Shown: positions 59,401 to 60,267, counted from the stretch's first letter. The stretch is 64,000 nt of DNA from an uncultured Planctomycetia bacterium (GCA_964642015.1 CAZXLF010000004.1:20738-84737); one strand, 5' to 3'. The notes: generated from the letters alone by a model not told the origin. Made by a program: numbers and translations.

Positions 59401-60123
59401 AACATCAAAATATTCAGCAAGAGAGATATCGCCTTTTAAAAAAGTTCCGCGCTCTTGATCAAAAAGCTGAAGCGAGGGATTATAGATCTTGGACTTCAAT
59501 GTACTGACCGCACGCGAGATCTTATCAAGATAGGCGTTTAGATACTCGCGTTTATTTCTCAAGAAACGGTAATCTTCAAGGCCTTTGAAATAAAGCGCTT
59601 TATCCTCAACGCCCCAAAGCGTGAAATTTTTATCGGAAACGAGGTTCAGATAATCAGGGCCTTGGATATAGCCCTTTTTCAAAAAAGAGCGGGCAACCTC
59701 TTCCCTTTTGGCCTGAGAAGCATATTGTCTTAAAAAATTCAGCGAATCATCACCGGTGCCGGCTTCCAAGAACACATATTTGACGGATTCTTTTTGGAAA
59801 ATATAATCAAGCGCTTTGGCGATATTCTTCTGAGCGGACTCATTAATATGGGCGTCCTGGATCAGGACAATGGTCTTAGATCTTCCGGAGGCAGGATAGG
59901 TTTCATCGATCAATGCGATCGATCGAGGGATCTTTAGTTCATTTAGAAATCTGGGTCCAAAAGTAAGATCGAGCGATTTAAGGTCGGGATTTGCGTAGGA
60001 TAATTCTTGGAATAAGAAACAGATAACAAGAGCGGTAGAGATGGATCGTACAAGCAGGCCATGGCTACTCTTATCTCTTTTTAAAAGACTAACTATTGAA
60101 GATAATATATAGCCTTGCTTCAA
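26413..60123 (-). CDS. Giant (11,236 aa) multi-module protein / putative polyprotein punctuated by 31 GARL[A/S]-type motifs
   Basis: 33.7-kb stop-free frame; TTG start with AGGGGG RBS about 5 nt upstream; N-terminal signal-like segment; many recognisable enzyme motifs in frame. Confidence 0.92.
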   Translation of the reverse strand: MKQGYILSSIVSLLKRDKSSHGLLVRSISTALVICFLFQELSYANPDLKSLDLTFGPRFLNELKIPRSIALIDETYPASGRSKTIVLIQDAHINESAQKNIAKALDYIFQKESVKYVFLEAGTGDDSLNFLRQYASQAKREEVARSFLKKGYIQGPDYLNLVSDKNFTLWGVEDKALYFKGLEDYRFLRNKREYLNAYLDKISRAVSTLKSKIYNPSLQLFDQERGTFLKGDISLAEYFDVLNDEARKMGLNVVESFPYLAALKKIKEKEAAIDFSKANEEQIKAFSSLSQTDQVELTEQNLKGLNNPFAIDAFQHKEAKAFYALLEEKLKNAHEYPELFKYFDYLKEAEKVNPEKVIIEKENLESLIYESLARTADEKRLHQVDGCCEILKRLFNLNLTTQDFGALDQDPQSFNIIQISGFLNKKIMDLASHYEDALFLDAGYDEAFQKATEFYALTRQRDEAFLKNLFKKMDEEKIEKAVLVAGGYHTEHLKSLLKERNVSYVSIVPQVLQETNIKKYEDILLNQPDSTKSASTEHPRDQWGVLPAAEATALVDGVRLNVVEMLKNEFGALNLKPTGARFAENPPLSNLESAEDQLSAALVAFKRSGVQVTAPIAAELETLRHQLQELIDDYEEHRATESMYDDMAQGIHYQVNFIVERLMTDEYAHALKKEHLVLIGDDGYLRKALDQLNSFLQRNGARLAESAEPIENLVAHLERAKATGEVRAIAVSDNSVTYKFGDLGETFEIGSQEKPFLIIRGPNTGSNNGHYIYYNAEQLKENLNYRHILQLLDDIHRANPLDLAVLHSITPDRLSPVKELEPTHELRTRVYIHEWSTAQIPEKAGFVELVYRDLNDLRNFFANEEALSRLHKLQKDFNVHFYLLPRQEDLNRAAFQDIKRLLENRDIQITPFSEQQLRDLLTLAETTQDRSQSENGASAGQSGARLTETQWTAEKLVISLVRQSAVVGTLFQPNLILITLSFEEALSQALKNEWIDLVDVTHKAIRAVPSVDQHMKTVPIRTYALTQKGFEFASNRIIAQGTRLANGQVTVDAEKIYNRNPHFLEAVNYLNSLLVRTNADQKIQDITWPEIVTLYEKLRGDDTNPDYLQSNQRQLRMAWPYNSLVYLVNETSKEPDRAPNMAAELYAYIAAYQIFFRRPGFNQIIESSGNDTLSNAASGHHRLAWLLANFLLIRNGYEPFYFENEAELKTVERRLEDRIKPGDEEFLKQIIIRRSHQILPVLSGARLAAAESDEELAPPPVIDSQESVNNLIRHYEEYEHSEYLDPSNRSENLYMGISLDRESKNLNSILQNHRVLSAESSVWRPLSDALVHHDATNYRNRPGLIFEIPESVASRFSLSKEAPLNMTRRSWLVFYKKDTERFIFIQVTFPGKGLDIRRFFKQPRSLQQKASYAREILKGAYEEIESILKTRKNATAEIFDVPYITMPILKTWDQLDDLAKDIEAQPQDAKFTDKYFRDKYAYLIHDSRTMIDQVVEQINKDASLSMDDRNLLLRLHGPLSRLARALTNLRGVVDVAEIRSFGNPWPELENGAQTPDQNGEVYWTVNLDRKMDAHKVAFTFYHPRVDNTGNQLPGEWGSYPATFVEAYEDHPSIRFKYRLPKGVNEYTVNAQAGGSEPAWLGYNIIVKNNDFSSGARLAGGEFNKEQLLSQAGKLIDNIRISVDSAAVYLSQARSFLNEKEMRDMLQGNLTLHVGSAFSFMDLVYKLSSRGLVHHYFESIDRINNDIQSVLKTLSEKKTELPATVAFDVFSRSLMNLSHDIHSIQLMTILLPNLFKTLIEIFPDIQGLDTFALVKAWIGHADQQLNQAQDHLFQLQGKSLTLDLVIKFERYLGARLARNTVKRVFLISISVFVLAAGGAYWWLSHGGFEQLIIWRATATIAHEEENASPFNPFDTFEKQLAHQKKAAQFLISHVNKRSEIEQKGSINIGENYAFLKKDVEDMNQAEFVAFGRLPQGIAVVVKRRPDSDVYYLYRFDDQTNEVTESTVKLGLFNVDLPNETNTKVYSSGNPLLVSRLELMVKAGRLFNSPTSKEKLKQRLLNDIQSIQNQLDRLVAKNEGARLAKNAPRKISEEHLTQDGISVLSKKLKADIAREMKTGHAAPEKVFLAPAEKEDVQRIIQKAKTYEKALHGQTDKALLDKGVALRAIWRGKEPDEDGLAEAIALFSERTSRITSPHTRFLLKLPEKISATVILKEGKIVYSDLPKNYSVTVQNGGESLDLRGPDMNEVKFDSKKESFSHDPNVNSLIAAHIGGSPTENQIAAAILLLKNHQLVIMPTSEGKTLTVALASYLKALNDTKVEVHDWDNGLTARDSQLMSVIMVPLGLRVFAILNKRPFEGTVAKKNGTLHYPHLESVKNGDATTDRFESISKAFHDGDIVCGPFSELTHYWREDWFEARKNKIHPSQPAIFIEEADTPLFGVLNQPQISSEYWGPAHPEIEKFYKTAYQLLEANITPKDYVIKGESVVLTPRKNTELMAAFENLLRTSEPALKSHMGNGKANDFLSHANVAELLQAAMVAYAIYNDDVNYVVKDGLVILRNRITGELENEVRLQLGIQSFIEAKESLKRNEAVRVRLESRPLSLITMAYAYNRFGFVSGVTGVADDLTRGFLIQYYGLKLIDFKRIHEDNRQNWPNRYYLTRDKKINDLVSAVSAIYGTGQPIIVNCQTPKEAKEIVGLLLQLDEQKPFLKTKASVRTVTGLNNKADQQNLHRTGEPFTITIVAQVGTRGYDIKLDESLAAQKEVQVFNENKSVAGLVILSTYRNRLSAVEEQVKARTARRSFPGVFQGMDHLEGNTFLERFVPDELAEFLSVRHERQTGPDASFNAQETEVIDLLFDLAQLRNFQFIVSEYESRKIMYDTMIEDELRLADILHWASEHNVGGATQENASLRKYIDLGSKAIAKVDREGFDAARGEFRKEAQKLEYKFNSDDQAVDAVLAQANKSREEWIRLFNALASQVPQGVNATPGRVVEVSKRYAHPLTERRIILAMSDNKIPYGYAPNTGPSGIMHDDVEWIDYLKTLVDQIRHERSKPDYRPTIDEIVQASDNKVNTKFIWRLFNRLKPAGITYSSVGMRGVQAAEIVERVREIARKIAVEKGDPNYRPTPVEIEEASEGEITTGSLSTLLYRYRAKGVHIDPEEDLGIRMAKAPEQWVVDIQRITAQLVSEKNDPGYLPSVREVAEASSGRITVKNIYTLVNGPYGRAHSVTYAVLGIRDPRRYDAMAKQVKAISENIATAHGEAEYKPTLQEVADASQGTFTVTALYDLLANSNFDYEDLGVRKQRVSVEKQYVGRFDHWLHAVANRFSDLPFTRRALYEQGISPSFRWFERTGKQNLTAAVQSDPLTGEDRYVLTEEGKRIAASFPRAVNVPPTFSENFKRLLVWMRQQHGEGVFTLQDLNTAPFLAGVGERGIESLLKRARAELFVRIEQARDRKKADRSSNLYVLTLEGREFAKIFEGEISSSAGARLASGSAPNQPNPNGRSQESWMVQYFSKLRMYSRLLMFGLTSTPYEKIRFKTNGMSPYNNNVINAVLFFGSFGLARRRYAVGIRQLTENDDWKEYEIISLPAIKPANESTRSLTARFEAGFDFISYLYPNLYFEWNLQTYRQIESIIRRLDKALIVDDLNQYSIRFNENEPLTRLTAEEEALYLRAKRNVDYLIERYFPPDARKTLMIMGVFTQTDLLGPTLSTAYQAGIVRNSQLRRLTYIPVPYFAKLNMENEVEAKIAGSVLRYSLEWHNYHDLLMRQGLQPNEIQKRLDDFDRNWEAKKPDELKVPYFRWLFWKKQIPLLISEEWKLFKLRSELRRDFKKLEKDIASDETLRTDRVRIVDLDKQASALVNRALAFGDFMLAIRINRDINKLLSELRGVDSGMIITHRYLVFLKTLLRETRYNEFIKALYDLRHGMLPLAKGRKVLLSADEQALFVNGLARGDHFRDWMEEMLELHEISTDHLENKKVIRQVRSEALRIYDELDRSVNPPRIFQAPSNGARLAARKSPHFEVQRIDKIVRHFPEKGSDQYVLIDALLSALYGGDVFYISINDRQGVEQEMHHVRIERGLLDLLSDIQLKKNDLTHLFPPGYRKRVVPNQQGRGFLSVRDTQETILLINEARGKLNELGIREENFAALKLDPRYQNPFLHTFLGESSVTRGATPAQSRIEKAIDVGNFSKDDDAYIRSFYNHFQPEIKINILGTDVHPLFIRDVHNIARGPGKGGIRFIYAWMLGSDEGFMELFNQFRARMNIYELRYFLRKWVREETQALAVGMTIKSAAAKLPYGGAKGVILFADVEQENGSFVIRDYSQGLDRETSGRLRADFIRRFIQALFEAGRVGPRTDIPAPDMGSTAADMDIMTDEYLKLHIQKARETPMPDGKRTEFQAYPRDLQQLLDQVESDYRSKRMQAMTQTPYLTVVAKYFTSLRQTGYPVQENSVLGQLAISLATFTSKTLLVKKDVTGAEVIDVDHAGSHFRPESTGFGVEHVLKTIVGLELGWNRLEGMTAKMEGLGGVGIPAALEAIKDGIKLQAIAEMSGIIYLESGFNQKDIETLLRLKAAPNGFASLNSKPEYTIHNARLLNSRDEFLDLKTFIMYANAKENSITKENVQKLNADIVIEGANGAISNEAYEKLLQAGSIVIPDSIANAGGVTVSFYEWQQNLFNERWPREIVIEKLKDSLTNAVNNVDDVRKQYDTDWRTAADILALKSVLFARDQASQVSNGNAEDKSGARLASERLKDEQKLRILTPIVAEMKAASIPIDPKSLSERSGLTMSQVYSLKPASLEALGIQWTQPIDIMRKSLEKKHSSGYQMRLEAARSAIIYLLTTQPTEEINMGNLARTITIQASDKVSQTELWRWFEVHKDRPEVRDMMVMIEKTQRYNRIRAIITSVPADQQVTEEMVLKGLGLADSKQSRARYFSWKSKHQFDLAQFVAEERAKPHTAKEVSPQPSAALTEKRPKKLEPVAVPDPAKILRQNVNALRRIDDRAEFMDRARSLTADAEQLGIGEAIKREIGVIAKSKLPVFMKTVNERIRARKEQQGARLAGQTEIESRIRAVVRRASNFTLNSYKLRNAAGALRQRIRSGQQIRISDLQNLGRAVETVLRWNIRWNQRRALRDLRQELIDIIQIIADLNRSTQMPEQKSVQQVFDFEKDSGARLAMYNEQVSDIRFYRIFGERSSDVLRFLTDSDQMLSVVDYGIAAQSKRRAWLAVRSVNEHQLAVRDQSGAIRTFKFYSKEYYGLLYDIPVIGWLAKTWSEFSLKREAEITNVIHQYGLAPKSLLIDTENKIVFLSQEESDGVLLGPDETQTLPPSAPLVQITLPIVRAIGFALGRLHYEAGFVHNDLIGADYSDALNKGAFAFVPRLFLRRDHFYWDGRNIKFIDFGGAKRLTNLRREDEYRDLLLVVKEAAPELARSQVEEVFEGGYLDGSINSLVGGARLAGYKGQENREMTEAVQKELIKAAGAVYSLNTVHLIEDRSLRGSFRYIQDSIIGVKGGLITEGARLANIYKTPRKERMDVRPYFAKIKSLTSSKHYRVARDLRDLGSNIQVVILKGIDFRREKKRHDLLLVFDITDPKNPVVVAWAKADLKGFFRRTMQVDYMKIGVGKEGFMRRAVKLLFDSGTIKEFRSSLGRTLLSERMFKSLEEDGFFVTTEKSRKVVRPGNYRTEKESFILRLKLAFSKHEYVMAHANGIDGATARRVLIEILNRSGFGWYDAWKREWAYHAMVEQNPLVKANMAYIASTYLLSPNRSRRLMRELRELFVSGRQEDYRRSGMNPVILPDQRIPLPEKPDIPGFYVLPENASKDHPVPAVILLHGLTHSKEQPYLNLLEKLLVWTGFAVLRIDLPHHGENGAPMNSSQDLTETVDASLRFLAQDQRIDAKRIGMAGFSFGGYTIFLHLLNSNIKTAAQVIMHTPLIGTFWNPMNIIVMRRELQDIFNGTFWQIVRKMPLLAIPRRDINRLKSLENALIVIGGKDPLIATSDTNLSIRLARTKNAKLIKDDTQGHYYLDGAMVKLFVEVTWHLLERMNPAAAPLLESYRQDPLRLVAENFVTGISVSSGARLADSRSRVERARLDDVDEIAELWKNEYMPFLNRPLIGDVKEYRRRLWLFMQGILQENEEVEGEVFVVRNEERKVVGFARTFIDMGNEEGEITQIAVDRNYRQRGLGRKLFEAALESLKKSPNVAYIIVEDLSLDGQTSKIAQTLGFRKEEGQKWKLVLRNPPGARLAQEKFKAFFGNDEPEALMHVARVSDPVDIVNYDFTQLKTVSGRTVYRHQLTLRDKGEIVFYTKLYSPEYSAKRFNEYETTRSAGRYHLAPPIYFLPASGMLLTTLSKGRRLTDSDMKQKSRDLMGAVAFALGRLHALGITHRDLCFENKMKGRIELTNENIFWDEQSNQVSFIDFEYAKADADRSVLRSEYDLIQAAFLGRVPSLNDDQIKAGFARTYGSGMESILGARLSKYDDRFFQENAVALNRLAADAKISVEKLTSELIYAIPVEQWQVLSYYYGISRPVIRDYKKMFEAIKGEGNRYYTSPAQLQLRRYLTVKQLKDVKTGREVLATKIGVESEKITDQVLSQLPERVQILLKNYYGIGTHRVVFRLLASSIGQEVKKKVREYRDKEFNDNSLSHLHRISLQTLRNYLLAGGVGADYLRLPLRLTKNRPPLRDGWYVLAHDIKLKREQLTETRMNILTLRERKAVELFYVLGDEKLSLVQIARQLWDLGYKDARSKGPVSPGNLKRLVAQARQKIHLYPSGIDWLSKEIGVRKDRVIERFGKLSFLEAEVMFMTYGIGGSKQADDATIAYELEHRKILGRFGAVTIDTVRHLRKDAALRLQNQLPAASKPVSESAEFRIRLERIKQSLNQTVPLETLNVEGISSHDRFLSEFDLAIEKAEELVNRGKLDQALSISIEAERLLDEASQIAQNEKRDLAYIASHYKRLSDLQNELVVMLSESTSGARLSEEAEGISDSQWRVLTEKMKKAFVDKDQEAAAYLVKNFGLDQPGYSKALNVRGTVILFRLETNKADKRRIIVPKPGLPGQGPVILRFSQDAKGFLWVHIFDSSTQSMAYKAFYYSKDKGFIIGNSHVHLKLATLKIQDVPVLDGAVKVERQQNQTANFYAFRIGDRTVNFHRPMELRSEEVTKGADTAFIYIRQREEGIKKEIYAYGFLSPDETDVKQAVGKWKWNTRTKRYDPIYFLVPGTMIWFYKNLVDGKAAQPYFHKVKLDDKGEALLTRGIALRLGDEFRAKLDEIPSEVIIVNSQAEVSRIDIYRTKDDDANRGKFTSKEKENRAFISSKYYNPETHELERPWEEATRRFRSFAVSKAKQQSVLEVSSRSRRQDSVPTHVLNDRNGQRVHVGTPLSYHEKPLLIRFVNVEHDSIPRPGLEIVVLDNSFMPQAILRRGYETAEGNFEWVGSTSLAELTPSQKTKYEKELRSLGYLPKPEEEKNLDEPASASVSSQDYLEPLKAFQSIIPVLREAIEVQDVKKADQLIIEAKAYLYRAHDLVLDARENTVVIASNYQQLDELEWFLAEMKHIVETGPQANGARLAETNPTLNLSAVVQNSGLLEKGQRIKIEISFKNDSKTFETEGVFFRYEVRAIGSEKYGVIILDNGIQVPLRGLGKDFEGAVTLVASGARLAADYRQKNRHVVRALDQSLRSIVAGSHRFIQTGSRGRSTFIDDNADFDFALLFDHDQDIERFWSVYEHNLPLFILKLTESFGNLGYHVDMIQKNEEANALGRMVTIKLKNSAQKPLKIQLTIGKNRTLYSDLFKDQMSQIRKLGGSPHQITDDIVLLKKVLQRIDPYKKRYTGLTGVGAEQLVLQSIIVDDQNSVEENGRKLHGVGSFDSAMRLIYRIGYDPNRKQVISYKTVSGLVASEQLQVAVWKIYDPENGKNIFERINKGDYWRRLVNASRKYVELSGQGQFAGGFKESDLAKLDYELEDALHYFKNENVAFEVTDAHMRFRAFRSFLRRNIPEMQLKGLIGAVSMDRVGLENMEEVGRNHFFLFFNTSKPEELRRFLEEKGLKISKSANVPASGARLSTTEHFSESALYPEWLRLSLEQTMQKMEKIEANEKRVRIALITAGYDAGNVPDIAELKGRLIRFQNNGSALTEVEAWLQEFEAYYRQWADAVDHFDAFKAQKARKIESDAKVYLGVRKVDPARLRNIPAYNQLFATEQQIQQAKEYFKDTEPRLASQLGRLRLYLILGISQTDSPFIGFLKLELPVLIVAMDARNWDTEETVRKSLDEFIKPRLNQYLKSRQFSDSVPSDVKRQIIQASEDLLYTEVAGRLFIVSWYQKRFDDFKRKLVRLVGAPDARFTTPYDRQDLAEFIRDLESISSHKDRDQVTSALYWKELDMLVQYKLIAFFGDISSVSSDLDIFLDLYGLAASLDLKALVVVNYYRVLWRLSQIGKGPDVLSRDEIMGRLTELQEKIQEAGPNGESPEARHQKEALASLTAESRRYVSNYWKYLRGGTHISFVDSFDRKRVEDFTFLHAFKWSRQYLDVRTKLEADVASILRRQANLAIMNETHNPFQTPTIHNYRIPSDFVPGFSGQLFNDTVGARLSSEHEFDQVKYGLVVWISPRIDSAITQILIKQTDNQEIIRDLRSARQNIILAADAIDENDQQKAYDYLKTSWDLLRTRVSSISKTSEADVVSDFAGVFTAWSDVASKSNNKFAYTVRLDVASYWLKEAKYLFTRLQGKPQLVKTENQIDVLAGDIGRSYKQFAVNYRSTLKRSMRLGEWIQQLNELIGNIASDATIGLVNPNARVLLQENGLLYNALAQLQSLDEMTSGARLALLKGEEAKDLFKLRFGAGNQRVFEFLGLTDLENITELSERRIDDAVWEYRIRIEGREGQIVFYIKTYGTGLEEKLKTEFLASHRAYHQGIESIGPRVDRIRLPGDQEAIILDQVDGFSIGTVQITADEVEALGLALGRLHNYGVVHQDLIRKAKRDIFELKKDHIFVHRDANTMPVVSFIDFEHSSIAHAEGKYEEEFQKVRSALGSGLADVFERAYKQVRLEASSKGARLAIDKKIPNSPITVELIRERIPGNSEQVIITIIFNKTDSGRRVKTQIVRASSEPTVETGNILAEKIASSRLNLRSDDDFYRLPVLAGTLSVGARLAEEPLSGPRQRLSLASNYFRTIRILLQHPFIPNETAQVLTNLSLELDKARSWLINLAVNPRDIYRLVQVLNQLTLTELRGNQLRLNLNILSNIFTGLIDGGFEIRLSIAYGKLLVDQIHETRNDIVEHIIAEQGRSGARLAEPGFVKLEPGQLKENIFIPALYDHLLSNLSERFLPAPGVRGKAMIDFVLPSLPYVFKVPRDLSDKKYFIGRNGVLARYTEAEKINHPRFLPTLHITQLPLERDHFSEQLLNELEQFAPNSVFVSGDKVILKDVFVQPYATPLNLYLYDSQISEEKQQQAVIDLGRALEELAQSGYLPRGLELFNYGILPSGRVVYYDHEDGVESLPKEIVSIPVRQGADLYVPDQDWISASPNDFVPEHIILALAPDKYKPVFSETFRTTLLNPQYWKDLRQKFYGARLAANSDEVAKKLLEDYEAYYSRFKWITGRSALRFEKREWNGVLSDANERLRFYRETLNRVEGEVRTLLSDRVKDYDSWQDVKKSYSSLIKGRYDSDLALIFLYSVMRRVFSEENIPIEYLSNGELPDVIEPAGFYRTYEKTAGGTTDQLFHDIFNGLPFKGLFFDLNSDVQLASRKLESKLQSYNIPGEYKVEFFPNIFYRNKGAYLVGRIVTQNGYIALAIPFLNTETGVEADTVLVGEGEVGRLFSYVRSNFHVEAEHHRELAKFLESILPKRSLSDIYSSIGFETLAKTEFRKALNERLEVPGTQFKFAPGTRGRVMEVLAIDHFPYVFKIMKDESEKIDPFRQDHTFTMQQYQKVHDMDRVGRMLDAMSFQNLSIPRTNFPPDLLDYLVRKAPRMVIVNGDVVLLKRVYVQRQVTPFDVFWEAPGRTDEDRKKALIDFGYALKDLAAAGVWTGEFDFKNFGITPSGIVVLYDFDHLKDLPEMNFKSIPPWPSYDPDQLMNLDDWFYVPDSDWFVPDFLETETMKFVPPYLVEAFKQVHADLLKDTYWNGIKEDLKNGVIPDFFPYANTDRLRPSSEQMPAGARLSENPSIPPDIGNLIWQDVYLIDQGLMWMIALMEFAASVIDLTKFPAETLNQRIESYYRLWLERQVPRTQAVTVSSDEVQDSLNVLFNLMRNNVFPITDFVKAHVASIEALLPGIFREPNIVIDRNIASDVLRSLPNALRLVIAHEYFQRTFDILPNDEKRSIEHFTASKITAEAFRILVNQLLHVYELNFGTFEFLSELVSQVLFPVSDISGSWQLSEEGLVFSPSFELSPESVALRESRRVFLRNFSVLRSINQQAINDANKTVSKIQEVLPVKGARLAISKKEEYRLETERLVREILAEGGEPTIINVADRSAAQGGTLTEAVLWRMGQTARKAAGITEGSTGRISKERQSEIIANRLDAIEEALSKIEQEIQAIKNQQPPVYPKIREILSGPRVEVSHPVISRIMKQEMADKALSPDQVWKVLGTKGNERAAQVSATVERLRQEFAELRAGAPRQRAAVQKPRVEKTVSLEPVSVVSALPAAPVISEDELRRQIIGQRDLVIDLVAHDRLHLAEETFSHLLQLEQEHHSLNGVKAESEQVIIKFAAQAVAAAHVGIDIPVSEGTHDLMHAEELLGFGMEFLDRNVVSEIHKDQIASLMIKGNNLVAKGYADRARVIVRGKSASTSPDLFIEAGSLLVSAEKALDGSAKVDRLYPRIGEDLHHLIVRRNDFVHVAVWAEKPVAAERILRGTFVIMRDRAEEEADFSLSGLNGLIRFYLRRSLYRKTGELIAFGHQIIDDYRSLVERNSTAFYEIERDYIDATSGARLAEQKPATVHAIPLASTPTVDFKPGLKQDIHSQLEGFFSGVAFAFPQVDGRKLSLQLNEETNEPYIFTLSRSGAKLIAEAKGISPIELELSKKAVNTQIPQSDKFNSALTIQDLRSMVDAVNNKVDADLEGVANSIDKAVIAEIDLDLMDNPSFQFYLDNLIVEIKKAQTSNYGKNVFFKVSGKDHLVQQALNYPGAKELFITEIPENLKDAAYVKIDVAQKGLTQGFVNMPVNLLAEGEVPAFRALLKVSIYSGRIDLANIPEGFHDAYATLAGERPDTQTLKQILEGKATIETVLHFALKAITKAPIDQTVKFFRLMKKMIEQAA
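29713..31458 (-). other. Module of the giant protein: full-length AceK-like isocitrate dehydrogenase kinase/phosphatase (582 aa)
   Basis: RF..IT.....RFE..EW, FYRNKGAYLVGRI, FSY.RS.F.V, APG.RG.VM, YVFKIMKD, DRVGRM.D and KNFG.T..G.V..YD.D. Confidence 0.88.
31474..32298 (-). other. Module of the giant protein: AceK kinase-domain-only copy (275 aa)
   Basis: F.PAPGVRG.AM..F.LPS.PYVFKV.RD, TPLNLYL and NYG....GRVVYYD. Confidence 0.78.
33016..33696 (-). other. Module of the giant protein: protein-kinase-like domain 3 (Bud32/RIO/Kdo-like)
   Basis: FYIK, E helix, LGRLHNYGVVHQDL and FIDFE. Confidence 0.75.
35983..37176 (-). other. Module of the giant protein: class I (pol-beta superfamily) nucleotidyltransferase
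   Basis: TGSRGRSTFIDDNADFDF (GS..R.T......D.D), then DDIVLLKK...GLTG.GAE.LV...GSF and IYDP. Confidence 0.65.
39229..40719 (-). other. Module of the giant protein: four tandem sigma70 region-4-like HTH units
   Basis: IPVEQWQVLSYYYGI, LPERVQILLKNYYGIG, LTLRERKAVELFYVLG..KLSLVQIARQL and LSFLEAEVMFMTYGIG..IAYEL, resembling L.eRE..vl.lryGl. Confidence 0.6.
40735..41409 (-). other. Module of the giant protein: protein-kinase-like domain 2
   Basis: FYTK, NEY, LGRLHALGITHRDL, NIFW and FIDFE. Confidence 0.78.
41425..41904 (-). other. Module of the giant protein: GNAT acetyltransferase (160 aa)
   Basis: ERA..DD..EI..LW, VVGFA, IAVDRNYRQRGLGRKLF (acetyl-CoA motif A) and LGF. Confidence 0.85.
41920..43581 (-). 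other. Module of the giant protein: alpha/beta hydrolase with an N-terminal extension
   Basis: PAVILLHG, GFAVLRIDLPHHGE, RIGMAGFSFGG nucleophile elbow, GGKDPL and GH. Confidence 0.82.
43792..44619 (-). other. Module of the giant protein: protein-kinase-like domain 1
   Basis: FKFY, REA, LGRLHYEAGFVHNDL and KFIDFG. Confidence 0.75.
45916..48093 (-). other. Module of the giant protein: Glu/Leu/Phe/Val (glutamate) dehydrogenase with an N-terminal extension
   Basis: HNIARGPGKGGIRF, MTIKSA, LPYGGAKG, DIPAPDM, STGFGV, EGLGGVG, EGANG and PDSIANAGGVTVSFYEWQQN. Confidence 0.9.
49678..53877 (-). other. Module of the giant protein: divergent SecA-like ATPase followed by four HTH repeats and two winged-helix units (1400 aa)
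   Basis: MPTSEGKT, L.ARD, EEADTPL, NYVVKDG.V, G.QSFIEAKE, GVTG, RGYDIKL and EQVKARTARR..PG. Confidence 0.78.
56395..56988 (-). other. Module of the giant protein: degenerate Fic/Doc-like domain
   Basis: AAELY..I...QIF...SGHHRLAWLLANFLLIRNGYEP, resembling HPF.DGN.R..rll....L...GY.P. Confidence 0.55.
58390..60123 (-). other. N-terminal region of the giant protein: signal/TM segment plus a putative Tiki/TraB/ChaN-superfamily domain
   Basis: RSISTALVICFLFQELSYA; IVLIQDAH; VFLEAG; WGVED; QRDEAF; VLVAGGYH. Confidence 0.45.
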
Positions 60124-60184
60124 AAATCCCCCTGGAAAATCAGTTTAAAATTAGTATTGAAATACGACTAGAAAGATTAGTTAA

Positions 60185-60213
60185 AGTATGCCCTACAAGA
60201 CCAGCCAGGACAA
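60185..60213 (-). promoter_or_regulatory. Possible sigma70 promoter of the giant gene
   Basis: On the minus strand: TTGTCC (60213-60208), 17-nt spacer, CATACT (60190-60185), in an AT-rich intergenic region. Confidence 0.3.
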
Positions 60214-60267
60214 TAACTAGGAAGGAATTTTTTAATTATATAGTTTAATCAAAATTAACTAATTTTA

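Noticed and set aside
26413-60123. Giant ORF as an NRPS/PKS, RTX/MARTX toxin, adhesin or intein-containing protein
   Set aside because: No A/C/KS domains, GGxGxD or MARTX repeats, Ig/cadherin repeats, or intein C...HN motifs seen.
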